DNA of 64,000 bases from a virus (Duplodnaviria; Caudoviricetes). The position numbers and the translations under genes were made by a program. Numbering within the stretch: the first letter of the stretch is position 1; each line of letters begins with the position of its first letter. A model generated the notes under the pieces. The model saw only the letters and a program-made list of their open reading frames with translations. It did no database searches and was not told the DNA's origin. The DNA lies in the IMG/VR virus record IMGVR_UViG_3300047160_011027, positions 1,510-65,509 of that record; one strand, 5' to 3'. Below are positions 25,737 through 36,096 of the stretch, in pieces.

Positions 25737-25958
25737 ATGGCTGAACGCGACCGTAAGGATGATCCGATCAAGAACCAGAAGCGCGTGCTCGACGCGACGG
25801 TCGCTCGCTCAGAGAGCGAAGACGAACCGGAAGGCGTGATCCTCTGGGGCGATACTGAGCCGACCACGCTTATAACTCTTGTACGGCGCGAGTTGCCAAT
25901 GGAACTGCTTACTCCACGGACGGAATCTCCTGCACCTGACCCACTACCATCCGAATAA
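25737..25958 (+). CDS. Small acidic hypothetical protein (moron-like)
   Basis: ORF with own -10 and more AT-ending codons than neighbours. Confidence 0.5.
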   Translation: MAERDRKDDPIKNQKRVLDATVARSESEDEPEGVILWGDTEPTTLITLVRRELPMELLTPRTESPAPDPLPSE

Positions 25959-25988
25959 GCACGAACCGGCTCAAGTACGCTTGCGCGC

Positions 25989-26465
25989 GTGCTACGACTC
26001 TTCACCGATGGCCCTCGGGCTGGCTACGCCGCCATCACGTTCGAGACTGACGAGGGCGAACGCACCATTACGATCCGGCGCGCGCCGTTCGGTTATTTCA
26101 AGCGCTGCCGGGCCCTGCTCGATGAGGTGAGCGCCAAGCAGACGGCGAAGCTCCGTGAGGTCGTCATCGAGAAGAGCGAGGGCGAGACGGCGACGGCCGA
26201 GGAACTCAACGCCGCCATGGTGATCTGGCAGGACTACGCGGACGAGACGATCGCCGACTGGTGGCGGTTTGTCGTCGAGGGCGACGGCGAGACGAATAAA
26301 GGGCTCGGCGACGGGCCGCTCCCGCCGTTGGACGACTGGCCGGCGTGGCTGATCGAGGGCCCCGCCGCGCGCGAGCTCGTCAATCACTGGCGGGCCGTCC
26401 CTTTGGCCCGTGGCGACGACGGAGCGAACCTGGAGTTGATCCCGCCGATCCTCCTTCGGCAGTAG
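25989..26465 (+). CDS. Tail assembly chaperone
   Basis: Two overlapping ORFs directly before tape measure; slippery heptamer in frame. Confidence 0.7.
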   Translation: MLRLFTDGPRAGYAAITFETDEGERTITIRRAPFGYFKRCRALLDEVSAKQTAKLREVVIEKSEGETATAEELNAAMVIWQDYADETIADWWRFVVEGDGETNKGLGDGPLPPLDDWPAWLIEGPAARELVNHWRAVPLARGDDGANLELIPPILLRQ

Positions 26466-26776
26466 AGCATCGGCCGCTGGCGGGGACGTGGTTCGATGAG
26501 ATCGCCGTCATCTACGAAGCCTGCGCTCACGTCGGACTCGGCCCGCGCGCGGTTGACGAACTCGAACTCTGGGAGATCGCGGCGGTGATCGGCGCCAACC
26601 GCCCGCCCGATATCTACGATGATGAGATGGGCGTCCATGCCTGGAACGAGGCACGAGCTCGCGCGGTGCTCGCCGGCGAACCCGAGCCGCAATTCGAGGA
26701 CTTCTATGAACTGAGCGACGCCGACAATCCTCTGCCCGATTTCGCGGGCGGCTTCATCGGGCCGGGGGTGAACTGA
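26399..26776 (+). CDS. -1 frameshift extension of tail assembly chaperone
   Basis: C CCT TTG (X XXY YYZ) at 26399-26405 in the chaperone frame; -1 frame open to TGA 26776, 1 nt before tape measure ATG. Confidence 0.65.
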   Translation, partial: PFGPWRRRSEPGVDPADPPSAVEHRPLAGTWFDEIAVIYEACAHVGLGPRAVDELELWEIAAVIGANRPPDIYDDEMGVHAWNEARARAVLAGEPEPQFEDFYELSDADNPLPDFAGGFIGPGVN

Positions 26777-26777
26777 C

Positions 26778-29700
26778 ATGCCCGAGCCGCTTGAAGAGGA
26801 ACTCAGTCTCGACATCTCCCCGGCGCTCACCTCGATCGGTTCGCTCGATGACGCGCTGACGGCGGTCATCCAGAACTTCCAGGTCGGGCTCGCTTCTGCC
26901 ATTCAGTCGCTCACCGAGGCGACGACGATCACCGCCCAGCCCGTCGACATTGCCGTCCAGGCCGACGTGACGCCCGCCGAGGCCACGATCCAGGGGCTCT
27001 CCAACGAGACGGTCGACATCGCCGTGGATGCCGATACGACGCAGGCCCAGGCGGGCCTCAACGATCTCGCCACCAGCGCAGGCGGCGCAGCAGGCGGGCT
27101 TGAGCAAGTCAAGGGCGCCTCGACGGGCGTTGGCGTGGCGGCGGGCCTGGCCGCTGGCTCCGGACGCAAACTGGCGGATGCGTTCGGATCGATCGGCGAG
27201 GGTGCCGGCGCCGTGGTCGCGGGTGGCGTTGCGCTGACGGCGTTCTTCGGCACGACGATCGCGAAGGCGGCCGACGCGCAGGCGCAACTCGCTCGATTCA
27301 ATAACGTCTTCGGCGATCTCGCCGGTTCCGTGCGGAACATCAACGTGGGCGGCCTCGTCATCTCGCTGGATGAACTCGGCAGAAAGAGCGGCACCACTAC
27401 CGCCGATCTCGAGAACTCCGCCAGCCGCATCGGGCTTCTCGGGAAAACCGCGGAGGCATCGACGGCCCAGATCAAGACGACGACCGATCAGATTCTCGCT
27501 TTGGGCGGCACGCTCTCCGTGCAGAATCCTCGGCTGGGTGACGCAGCTGCAGTGAGTGATCGCCTGACGACTGCCCTCGCCCGCGGCGGGCGCGCAGCTG
27601 CGCAACTCGGGCTAAACGTCCCAACGGACGAACTCAAACGGCTCTCAGAGCAGATCGCGGGTGCCGGGAATCAGGTGACGTTCTTCGACAAACTCATGGC
27701 GGGCGCGCAGATCGCCACGGGCGCATTCGGTGACACGCTCGGTACGCAGTTCGCGCAAGGCGCGCAGAATGCGCAGGTGCAGATCCGCGCGCTCGGGGTT
27801 GCGCTCGAGGAGAGCCTGATCCGGATCGGCACGCCACTCCTCGGCCCGACGGTGGATCTGCTGACGAGCCTGGTGCCGATCGCCGAGCAGGTCGGGCGCG
27901 CGCTCGGCTCGATCGCCCAGATTGCGGTGCCGGCGTTCCAGGTGCTCGAGCCGGTGTTACACGTCGTTGCCGACGTGCTCGGGCTGATCGCCGACGGGCT
28001 CGATCACATCCCGGGCCCGCTCGCCGACGTCGCCGCGGGGTTCGTTCTCGTGACGCTGGCGGTGGGGCGACTGCTCCCGCTATTGGAGGGGCTCAATCTC
28101 GTCGAACTCATCAGCAACCCGGTGTTTATCGCCGTCGCCGCGCTGGCCGCGCTCGGCGCGGCCTTCGACATTTTCGGCGGGAAAAGCGACGCGGCCGCCA
28201 AGAGCGCCAAGGACTTCAACGACGCGGTCTTCGGCGCGGGTTCGGGATTCCAGTCGCTGCATGACAAGGTGACGAACCTCATCCCGGATGTCACCAAGTT
28301 CGCGCAGGCGACGATCGATGGCATCGATGCGGCCTCCAAACTGCGCCTCGCGCTCGATGATGCCGGCGGGGGAGCGCGCGGGATGGCAGACGCGCTCACC
28401 GGGACGAACACGCACTTCGCTAACTATGAGAATGTTGTACGACGCGCTGCCGGCGTGAGCGATGATCTCCAAGCGAAATTCGAGCGCCTCGCGAACGGGA
28501 ATCTCAATGCTGCGCAATCATCGGGCCAGTTCTCCGACGCGGAACTCCACGCCTTGGCGGGGACACAGGATCTGACGAAATCGCTTGACGCGCAGCGAAA
28601 GGTGTATGAAGCGCACTCGGCGGCGGCGCTTCAGGCATTCGTCACGAGCGGGCAACTGAACCAGGCTCAGATCGATCAGATCAAGGTGACGGACGCCGCC
28701 TCGATCGCGCAGGGCGACTACACCAAGGCGCTCCAGGACGCCAATCTTGCCGCCCAGCAGGCCGCCGACGCGCAGTCGGCCGCGAACGTCAAGACGGCCG
28801 CGAGCTCGGGCGCGCTCGCTTCGCTCGTCGAGTCATTCCGCCAGGGCAACATCTCCGCCGAGACGTTCTCGACAACGCTGCAGACGAACTACAACGTCTC
28901 GGCGAGCGACGCCAAGACGATCACCGACGCGCTGACGAAGAGTCTCCAGGACTTCGCCGACGCCGCGGTGAAGGCGCTCCCTACTGCGGGCGGGGCGATC
29001 CAGAACTTCGCCAGCGGCGTCAAGACCGCGCAGGCGAATCTCGCGCAGGCGGTGACATCGGGCGCCAATGCCGTTGCGCAAGCGCAGAAGCAACTGGATC
29101 AGACGATCGCGGCAACCTCGAAATCGGGCGGCGTATCAACTGCTGTCCAGAACGCGCAGGATTCACTCCAGCGCGCGCAGGACAATCTGGCCCGCATTCA
29201 GAGCCAGGGCGGGACGAATCAAGCATCCGCGATCACCTCGGCGCAGGGTCAAGTCGACGCCGCGAACACGCGGCTTCTCGATGCGCAGCGAGCCGCGGAT
29301 GCGCGTCTGCAATCGCAGCTCGACAGCCGCAATCAGCGCGTCGCCGATGCGCAGAAAAATCTCGCTGATGTCCAGGGAAAGTCCGCCGCCGATATCAAGG
29401 CCGCGCAGGACGCGGTCGTCAAGGCGGTTGATCCGGAGACCCTTGTCAAGGAACTGCAATCGAACCTGACGAACATCGCGAACTTCACGAAGAACATCGA
29501 CACGCTCGTCCACGAAGGCTTCACCTCCATCGCGGCCGAGCTCGTGAAACAAGGCCCAACCGTGGCCGGGGGGCTCGCCGAATCGCTCGTGGATCGCCCG
29601 AAGATCGCCAAGTCACTCAACGCGCTCACCGAGGAAGGCGATAAACAAGCGGAGCAATATCGGCAGCACGCGTTGACGGTCTGGGCGCCGATCATGCAGG

Positions 29701-30401
29701 GCGCGACCGCGACGCTCGCCGATGGGACGACGCTCGCCTTCAAGCCCGATCTCGTCGGACAGATGAATAAGGCCGTCGCCGATCTCTCCGATCATCTGCT
29801 CAAGAACGTGCCGGCGCAACTCTCCTCCAACGCCGTGCTGCGGCGCGTCGGCGAGAGCGTGGGGACGAACGCCGCCTCCTCCGTCTCGCAGGCCGGCCCT
29901 GTGATCGTGCAGGCTGCAGCCGGGGTCGCCAGCGCCGCGAACACCGCCTTCGATCAGACGTTCAATCCGGACAGCGTCGCCGGCAAGACGATGCTCAAGG
30001 TGCCGGCTGCGGTGCAGAAGAACGCGCCGCCCGCCTACGTTGCGACGGGCCAGCTCGGTAGCGATATGTCGCGGGCTTTCGAGAACGCGCTTGATCTCGA
30101 GGGTGCCGTCAAGGATCAGATCACGCTCGCCGCGAAGGCATTCGACAACACGCTCAAGCTCGACGCGGCTGCGCTGACGGCCGGATTCCGTGCCGGCGCG
30201 GCGTTCTCCATCGGCGTCGGGCTCGGTGCCAACACGCAGGCGAACGCGCCGACGCAGAAACAGCCGACGACGCATGGCGCCGAGGCCCGGACTTCAGCTG
30301 CGACGAGCGCCAGTCAGTTCACCGTCAATCAAGTCTTCAACGAGAAGGTCGATCCGCAGCACGTGATCGCCGAGCTCGCCTGGCAATTGAGTCATCCATG
30401 A
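26778..30401 (+). CDS. Tape measure protein
   Basis: 1207 aa Ala/Gln-rich helical protein with central hydrophobic segment, downstream of chaperone pair. Confidence 0.92.
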   Translation: MPEPLEEELSLDISPALTSIGSLDDALTAVIQNFQVGLASAIQSLTEATTITAQPVDIAVQADVTPAEATIQGLSNETVDIAVDADTTQAQAGLNDLATSAGGAAGGLEQVKGASTGVGVAAGLAAGSGRKLADAFGSIGEGAGAVVAGGVALTAFFGTTIAKAADAQAQLARFNNVFGDLAGSVRNINVGGLVISLDELGRKSGTTTADLENSASRIGLLGKTAEASTAQIKTTTDQILALGGTLSVQNPRLGDAAAVSDRLTTALARGGRAAAQLGLNVPTDELKRLSEQIAGAGNQVTFFDKLMAGAQIATGAFGDTLGTQFAQGAQNAQVQIRALGVALEESLIRIGTPLLGPTVDLLTSLVPIAEQVGRALGSIAQIAVPAFQVLEPVLHVVADVLGLIADGLDHIPGPLADVAAGFVLVTLAVGRLLPLLEGLNLVELISNPVFIAVAALAALGAAFDIFGGKSDAAAKSAKDFNDAVFGAGSGFQSLHDKVTNLIPDVTKFAQATIDGIDAASKLRLALDDAGGGARGMADALTGTNTHFANYENVVRRAAGVSDDLQAKFERLANGNLNAAQSSGQFSDAELHALAGTQDLTKSLDAQRKVYEAHSAAALQAFVTSGQLNQAQIDQIKVTDAASIAQGDYTKALQDANLAAQQAADAQSAANVKTAASSGALASLVESFRQGNISAETFSTTLQTNYNVSASDAKTITDALTKSLQDFADAAVKALPTAGGAIQNFASGVKTAQANLAQAVTSGANAVAQAQKQLDQTIAATSKSGGVSTAVQNAQDSLQRAQDNLARIQSQGGTNQASAITSAQGQVDAANTRLLDAQRAADARLQSQLDSRNQRVADAQKNLADVQGKSAADIKAAQDAVVKAVDPETLVKELQSNLTNIANFTKNIDTLVHEGFTSIAAELVKQGPTVAGGLAESLVDRPKIAKSLNALTEEGDKQAEQYRQHALTVWAPIMQGATATLADGTTLAFKPDLVGQMNKAVADLSDHLLKNVPAQLSSNAVLRRVGESVGTNAASSVSQAGPVIVQAAAGVASAANTAFDQTFNPDSVAGKTMLKVPAAVQKNAPPAYVATGQLGSDMSRAFENALDLEGAVKDQITLAAKAFDNTLKLDAAALTAGFRAGAAFSIGVGLGANTQANAPTQKQPTTHGAEARTSAATSASQFTVNQVFNEKVDPQHVIAELAWQLSHP

Positions 30402-31231
30402 CGGCCACCTCGTGGTTCGTGCAACTTGCGAATGCGCTCACGCTCGATGCCAGCACGGTCGACGCGGATGGGAATCTCTGGACGGCCACCGAACTCGCGG
30501 GCTGGTTCGGCACGACGAACGTCCGATCGGAGAGCGGCGAAGCGGCGCCGCTGGGTTCGGCGTTTACCGTCGGGCGCGAGAACGGGCGGGCCATGACGCT
30601 TGTGGGCGCCGCGTACAGCACAAGCGGCAAGAAACTCGGCAGCACGCAATGGCATCTCGCAGAACGGCGGCTCAAGGCCGCGGTGGCGAACTGGGTGGCG
30701 TCGCCCGCACTCCTCAAGGTGACAGAGCCGGGCCTCGCCGCGCAGGCGATGGTCTACCGCGTCGGCAATGTCCTGATCGGCGGGAACCCGCCGTTCTTTA
30801 CGATGGACTTTCAGATCCCGCTCCTGGCGATGGACCCGCGGCGCTATTCGCAGAACCTGACGACGAACACGAGCCTGCTGCTCACCGGCTCTAACGGCGA
30901 CGTCGGCGCGGCTGTCACGATCACCTCGGACATGCCGACCGGGCCGCTCGTCACGATCAACGGCCCGGCCGGGACGCCGTTCATCCGGAACAACTCGCTG
31001 TCCGGCAGCCCAAAGGTGCAATACAACGGGACGCTCGGCGGCGGGGACACGCTCGTCCTCGACTTGCAGAACCTGACTGCGGTACTCAACGGGACGACCA
31101 ACGTCCGCGCCAATCTCTCGCTCGCGAACTGGTGGCAACTCTGGCCGGGCGTGAACAACCTGGAGTATTTCCGTTCATCCGGTTCATCGAACTCGACCGC
31201 GCAGCTCGACTACCGGCAGGCGTACTCCTGA
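30398..31231 (+). CDS. Distal tail protein (Dit-like minor tail protein)
   Basis: Follows TMP; W.....GW.G...R, F.IPL.A.DP.RYS, G.....P..TING, WWQL.PG.N.L. Confidence 0.8.
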   Translation: MTATSWFVQLANALTLDASTVDADGNLWTATELAGWFGTTNVRSESGEAAPLGSAFTVGRENGRAMTLVGAAYSTSGKKLGSTQWHLAERRLKAAVANWVASPALLKVTEPGLAAQAMVYRVGNVLIGGNPPFFTMDFQIPLLAMDPRRYSQNLTTNTSLLLTGSNGDVGAAVTITSDMPTGPLVTINGPAGTPFIRNNSLSGSPKVQYNGTLGGGDTLVLDLQNLTAVLNGTTNVRANLSLANWWQLWPGVNNLEYFRSSGSSNSTAQLDYRQAYS

Positions 31232-31674
31232 TGGCGATCACCGGATTTGTTCACGACGCCGCGAAGAAACACATGGTGGACGGCGCGTTCCCGTGGACGT
31301 CGACGATGTCGCCGCGAGCGATGCTGGTTCTGAAGAACACCTGGACACCGCAGGCTTCTGACAACTTCGTGCAGACCGCCATCACGGCCGGAGCGACGGA
31401 GCTGTCCGCGTCCGGTTATGCGCGGCTCGCGCTTGTCGGTCTCACCACTTCGCAGGACGACGGGAACACGCGGGCGCTGATCTCGGCCGGGACGATCCAC
31501 TTCGCGAACATCGCGGCGGCGCAGAACTTCAACGCGCTGATGATCTTCAACTTCGTCACGAACGACACCGACTCCTGGCTGATCGCCACCTACGACCTCG
31601 GCGGCACGCAGACCACGAACGGCCTCGGCTGGTATTTCGCGCTGAACGCGGCAGGGCTGATCGCGCTGACATGA
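31231..31674 (+). CDS. Minor tail protein
   Basis: ELS..GYAR.AL.......D..RA......F pattern; TGATG overlap. Confidence 0.65.
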   Translation: MAITGFVHDAAKKHMVDGAFPWTSTMSPRAMLVLKNTWTPQASDNFVQTAITAGATELSASGYARLALVGLTTSQDDGNTRALISAGTIHFANIAAAQNFNALMIFNFVTNDTDSWLIATYDLGGTQTTNGLGWYFALNAAGLIALT

Positions 31675-34214
31675 CCTATCAGTCCACCGTCCTCGCCGAC
31701 ACGCCGCTCATCTACTGGCGCCTCGGCGACCCGTCCGGCACGACCGCGGCCGACACGTCCGGCAACGCGCGGCCCGGCACCTATAACAACGGCCCCACAC
31801 TCGGCGTTCCGAGCCTGCTGCCGAGCGATCCTACGAACACCGCCGTCAACTTCACGGCCGCGTCATCGCAGTACGTCATCAGCGCCGTCACTGCCGCGGG
31901 ACTCGGCATCGCGGGCGGCAGCGCGATCACGTTGGAGGCGTGGATCAAACCGACTGCGGCGGCGCTGTCGGCCGTTGCGCCGACGCTCTGCGGCTTCAGT
32001 ATTGGCGGCGGCGATATCACGCTGATGCGGATCGGCGGCGCGCAAGATCTGAACTGGGCGCTCGTCACGTCAGGTAGCGGACTCATCAACATGAGCGGCG
32101 GTGTCGCGTTCACGGCCGGGAACGTCTACCACCTCGTCTGCACATACGACGGCGCGCACGCGATCACTTATGTCAATGGCGTGCAGCAGAACAGTGTCGC
32201 TGCGACCGGCACGATCAGCGAGAACACCCTTGCGCATTTCGTCGCGGCGGGCGACTTTGAGGCGGCCGATAACCGCTGGTTCGACGGCGTCATGGATGAG
32301 GTCGCGCTCTACGGGACCGCATTATCTGCGGCGCGTGTCCTCGCGCATTATCAGGCCGGGACGCCGACGTTCTCTCGGCCGATCACGGACACGGTCGGGA
32401 TCACGGACGGGATCGTCCGCACCGAAGCGTTGCACATCGCTCTTTCGGACACGGTCGGCATCACTGATTCGATGCTCGGCGGCGCCGACTTCCACGGCAC
32501 GTTGCCGCTCCTCACCGTTGCGTCATCCGCGTTGGCGATGACGATGGATCAGCCGACCGTTCCAGTCGCGACCGCGGCCGGGCAGCAGACGCTCTACCAA
32601 ATCCTCGCCGTCGATATCAACGGCACGATCTTTGCCGAATATCCGACCGGCCAGGTCCAATCGGTGACCTGGACGAAAAACTCCTGGGAGGAGGCGACGT
32701 TTTCGATCCCGATCGACGCGCCGAACCTCGATCAACTCACGCTGCCGGATGGCAGCGTCACGCCCTATCACGAGGTGCAGATCTGGCGGAACGGTTCCCT
32801 GCTGTTCTGGGGGATTCCGCACACGCGCCGCGCTAACTCGCAGAAGCGGACGTGGGATTACACGGCGAAGGGCCTGCTCTGGTATTTCACGAAGCGGTTC
32901 GTCGGGAAGGCGAACCGGCACAACTTCGTGACTAACGGCGACTTTGAGTCAGGCACGGCGAACTGGAGCACGGTCGGCACCGGCCTCACCGTCACGACAC
33001 CGACGAATCAGCCGCTCAACGGTACGCACAGCCTCAAGCTCGTCGGCGACAGCACACTGAACGCGAACCGTTACCTGGCGCAGCAGTTCGTCATCGGCCA
33101 GACCGGCCACATCGGCCTCGCGCTGTTCCTCACCGCCTGGTTCTACATCGAGTCGTTCTCCGGTCCCGCCGCGCTTAATCTCGGCGCGGTCATCAACCGT
33201 CCGAGCAGCCCGAACGTGCCCGGCTGGATCGGTATCGTCAACATCGACGCGAACACGCCGAAGCAGCAATGGACGCGGATCGCATGCCATATCCAGATCC
33301 CGCCGTTCACGACTAGCGTCGTCGCCGTCGATCTCTATGGCATCTTCGGCACCATCTACTGGGATGCGGTGACCGTCACCGCGGAGCAGTCATTCACGCT
33401 CGGCGTCGGCGCGCACGACGAGGTGCTCATCGCCAAGGGCCTCGTCGAGCTGGCGCAGAACAAGGGCTTCGCCGCGCACGAGTTCGGTGACAGCCTTGGC
33501 AAGAGCGATCTCAACATCGGGACGGACACGCCACTATCCGGCGTCCTCAAGCAGCGGACCTATTTCTTCTCCGATCACCAGCAAATCTTCTCCGGCGTCG
33601 CCGGCGGCGGCGGCGCGCTCGATGAGTTCCCAGCCGCAGAAGACGGCTTCGACTATCGGATAATGCTCACGCCGCACACGCGCACGTTCACGACCTACTA
33701 CCCCGGCGTCGGCATTACCTACACCGACTTCACGCTCACCTGGGATAACCAGGGCAGCGGACTGACCGGCTCCTGGGGCATCATCGGCTGGGATTTCAGC
33801 GAGAGCATCGAACGCAGCGCCAATCAGGTGACCGAGCTCGGTGGCTGGGGCACCGGCTCGGGCCGCGAGGAAGGCGGCTATACGGACTCGGCGAGCATGG
33901 GCGGGCTCACGTTAGAGCTGGTCGAGTCCGCACCGAACACCGCGCCGATCGACATGCTGTCCCAGATCGCGCAGCAGCGCGGCATTCTGTATCACAAGCC
34001 TTTCAAGACACCGACGCTGACGATTCGCGAGCCGCGCGATCCGATCACGGGCGCAGTCACGTATCCGTTGATCGGTGTGCTGATGCCCGGCGATACGGTG
34101 CCGGTCGATCTGCGCGACGGCGGCGTCACCTGGCAAGGGAACTACACGATCGCGACGATCACGCTCGACGCCACGAAGGAACAGATGACGCTCGTCCCGT
34201 TCGATCCGTCATGA
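31671..34214 (+). CDS. Tail hub / minor tail protein: LamG domain + Gp37-like hub with inserted carbohydrate-binding module
   Basis: PLIYWRLGD..GT...TLEAWIKP...YHLVCTYDG...YVNG...DEVALY (LamG); EVQIWRNG.LLFWG (hub); NFVTNGDFESG..NW (CBM-like). Confidence 0.75.
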   Translation: MTYQSTVLADTPLIYWRLGDPSGTTAADTSGNARPGTYNNGPTLGVPSLLPSDPTNTAVNFTAASSQYVISAVTAAGLGIAGGSAITLEAWIKPTAAALSAVAPTLCGFSIGGGDITLMRIGGAQDLNWALVTSGSGLINMSGGVAFTAGNVYHLVCTYDGAHAITYVNGVQQNSVAATGTISENTLAHFVAAGDFEAADNRWFDGVMDEVALYGTALSAARVLAHYQAGTPTFSRPITDTVGITDGIVRTEALHIALSDTVGITDSMLGGADFHGTLPLLTVASSALAMTMDQPTVPVATAAGQQTLYQILAVDINGTIFAEYPTGQVQSVTWTKNSWEEATFSIPIDAPNLDQLTLPDGSVTPYHEVQIWRNGSLLFWGIPHTRRANSQKRTWDYTAKGLLWYFTKRFVGKANRHNFVTNGDFESGTANWSTVGTGLTVTTPTNQPLNGTHSLKLVGDSTLNANRYLAQQFVIGQTGHIGLALFLTAWFYIESFSGPAALNLGAVINRPSSPNVPGWIGIVNIDANTPKQQWTRIACHIQIPPFTTSVVAVDLYGIFGTIYWDAVTVTAEQSFTLGVGAHDEVLIAKGLVELAQNKGFAAHEFGDSLGKSDLNIGTDTPLSGVLKQRTYFFSDHQQIFSGVAGGGGALDEFPAAEDGFDYRIMLTPHTRTFTTYYPGVGITYTDFTLTWDNQGSGLTGSWGIIGWDFSESIERSANQVTELGGWGTGSGREEGGYTDSASMGGLTLELVESAPNTAPIDMLSQIAQQRGILYHKPFKTPTLTIREPRDPITGAVTYPLIGVLMPGDTVPVDLRDGGVTWQGNYTIATITLDATKEQMTLVPFDPS

Positions 34215-34585
34215 GCGAATCCAAGCTGCCGCCCGAATACGTCACGCTGCTCGCGAACCATTCGGAACGGATCTACGAGCTGGAGCGGCGGCAGATCGTC
34301 ATCAACGCCGACGACTGGCATTTCCTGCACGGCTCGGTCACACAGGCCGGCGCAGGCACGTCAGTCACGACGCTCGACTTCACGCCGGTCGGATTCGCGA
34401 TCAAACCGATCTTCGCTTTCGGCGCGGAGGCAGACGTCGATCCGGGCACCGTGACCGGCGCGGCCGGCGTCGTCTACGCGTGGACGATCTCCTCGACCGG
34501 CCTTTATACAGGCGCGTCGTTGCGGTTCTATGCGCCTGCGAGCGCCAACTGGACGTTCCATTGCACGTTCATGGGGTTCGTGTGA
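34211..34585 (+). CDS. Minor tail protein
   Basis: RIYELERR coiled-coil then beta domain; ATGA-coupled. Confidence 0.6.
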   Translation: MSESKLPPEYVTLLANHSERIYELERRQIVINADDWHFLHGSVTQAGAGTSVTTLDFTPVGFAIKPIFAFGAEADVDPGTVTGAAGVVYAWTISSTGLYTGASLRFYAPASANWTFHCTFMGFV

Positions 34586-34752
34586 CCGCCGTCGTGCTCG
34601 CCAGGCCGAGGCGCTGGCGGATGCCCGTCTGCTGTGTCGCGCTCGCGTGCGCGCTCGCCGGAACCGCCGTCGCGATCCGGCACGATACGACGAAAGTGCA
34701 CCGCTCCGATGTTCCGGGATCGGCCGTGCCGACGACACTCGGCGGCCAGTAG
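34582..34752 (+). CDS. Small protein with signal-peptide-like hydrophobic helix
   Basis: RPRRWRMPVCCVALACALAGTAVA; ends in TAG in frame with next ORF. Confidence 0.45.
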   Translation: MTAVVLARPRRWRMPVCCVALACALAGTAVAIRHDTTKVHRSDVPGSAVPTTLGGQ

Positions 34753-35415
34753 GTGCCGACCCAATATCACCGTTCTGATTTCGCCGGTTCGACGGTCGGC
34801 GTGCTGCCCGGCCAGTTCCTGTCACCCGCAGGCGTCTACTACGGCAGTGGCTCCCTCTGCGTCGGCAGCGAACAGCCGTCGTGGGCGTCCGCGTATGGCG
34901 GCAGCGCGTATTGCGATCCTGGGAGCTTCCGAACGATCGGCGGCGAACGCGGCACGACCGTTAACGGCGTCACCTACATCTCCTACTGCCTCGTCACGAA
35001 CGTCGCGCTGCCGTCGTTCGATCCGCGCACGCAGCACATCTCCTCGCTGTTCGCTCGCCTCTACGCCGGATCGGGTGGCCTCTCGGACGGCAACACGATC
35101 GGCTTCGCTCTCATCGGCGGGTCACGCAACGTCAACGCGGGCCTGACCGTCCCGACCAGCTACGTCTCCGGGCCCGGGAGTTATACGGTGCTCGGCTCGC
35201 AGTTCTACGCGGCCGGGACTCCGGCAGGCACCTACTACGACATACCGCTTTCGACCGGCCCGATCTGTTTCGTGGATGACGCGACGCTCGCTCCGTACCT
35301 ATGGCTGCTGCTCTACGCCGCGAACGTGCAACCCAGCTCGGACTTCACGCCGAACGGCGTGAACGGGACGTTCTTCCTTAACGTCACGTACGCGGCGGGC
35401 GGGAGTCTCTGCTGA
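34753..35415 (+). CDS. Hypothetical beta-rich protein (tail/adsorption region)
   Basis: 220-aa ORF rich in Gly/Ser/Tyr/Thr. Confidence 0.6.
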   Translation: MPTQYHRSDFAGSTVGVLPGQFLSPAGVYYGSGSLCVGSEQPSWASAYGGSAYCDPGSFRTIGGERGTTVNGVTYISYCLVTNVALPSFDPRTQHISSLFARLYAGSGGLSDGNTIGFALIGGSRNVNAGLTVPTSYVSGPGSYTVLGSQFYAAGTPAGTYYDIPLSTGPICFVDDATLAPYLWLLLYAANVQPSSDFTPNGVNGTFFLNVTYAAGGSLC

Positions 35416-36062
35416 TGGCGTTCAACGTCATTCCCGCGCCGCACACGCGAACACATCGTTCCGAGGTCGGCGTGTTCGTCGCGCCCGCTCGCACCCTATT
35501 GTCCGCCGATTCCTTCAATCGTGCTGATTCGACGACGAATCTTGGTAGCACTGATGGAGTGAGTCCAAATAATGATGGGCCGGGCATCCTCGATCCATTG
35601 ACTTGGACGCAGCAACGTGGGACGTGGGGAATCAACACGAATCGCGCTTACACATCGGTCAGCACAGGTGGCGCGATCGCGACCGTTGACCTTCTTACGC
35701 CCGATGTGGACATCACGATCACTGTTCGGGTCGTGAGTCTGCTCGGCAGCATTATCTTCCGGTTTGTCGACACCAGCAACTATTTCGAGTTTTTTTATCG
35801 GTCAACCGGCTCCGCCTTCTTTCTTCGCCGCATTCAATCGGGGTCAGCGACCGTGCTCGGAACCACCACGCATATTCCATTCGTCCAGGTCAACGACACG
35901 ATCCGCATGGTCGCAGCGGGATCGGCGATCGCTTGTTATTGGAATGCAACAAGTCTCTTCACAGCGACGGACACCTTCCAGCAGACAGTCACGAAACATG
36001 GCTTGCAAATCAGTGCCGACACGGGGGCACGTTTGGATGACTGGACTGCATACCCGGCATGA
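35415..36062 (+). CDS. Putative lectin-fold (concanavalin-like) tail protein
   Basis: DSFNRADS..LG...W....GTW.I..N.A, IIFRFVD..NYF, DTIRM...G..I..Y.N; lower-GC codons. Confidence 0.55.
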   Translation: MAFNVIPAPHTRTHRSEVGVFVAPARTLLSADSFNRADSTTNLGSTDGVSPNNDGPGILDPLTWTQQRGTWGINTNRAYTSVSTGGAIATVDLLTPDVDITITVRVVSLLGSIIFRFVDTSNYFEFFYRSTGSAFFLRRIQSGSATVLGTTTHIPFVQVNDTIRMVAAGSAIACYWNATSLFTATDTFQQTVTKHGLQISADTGARLDDWTAYPA

Positions 36063-36096
36063 TCACGCTACGTGGTCGCAGTCGCTCAATCGGTAG

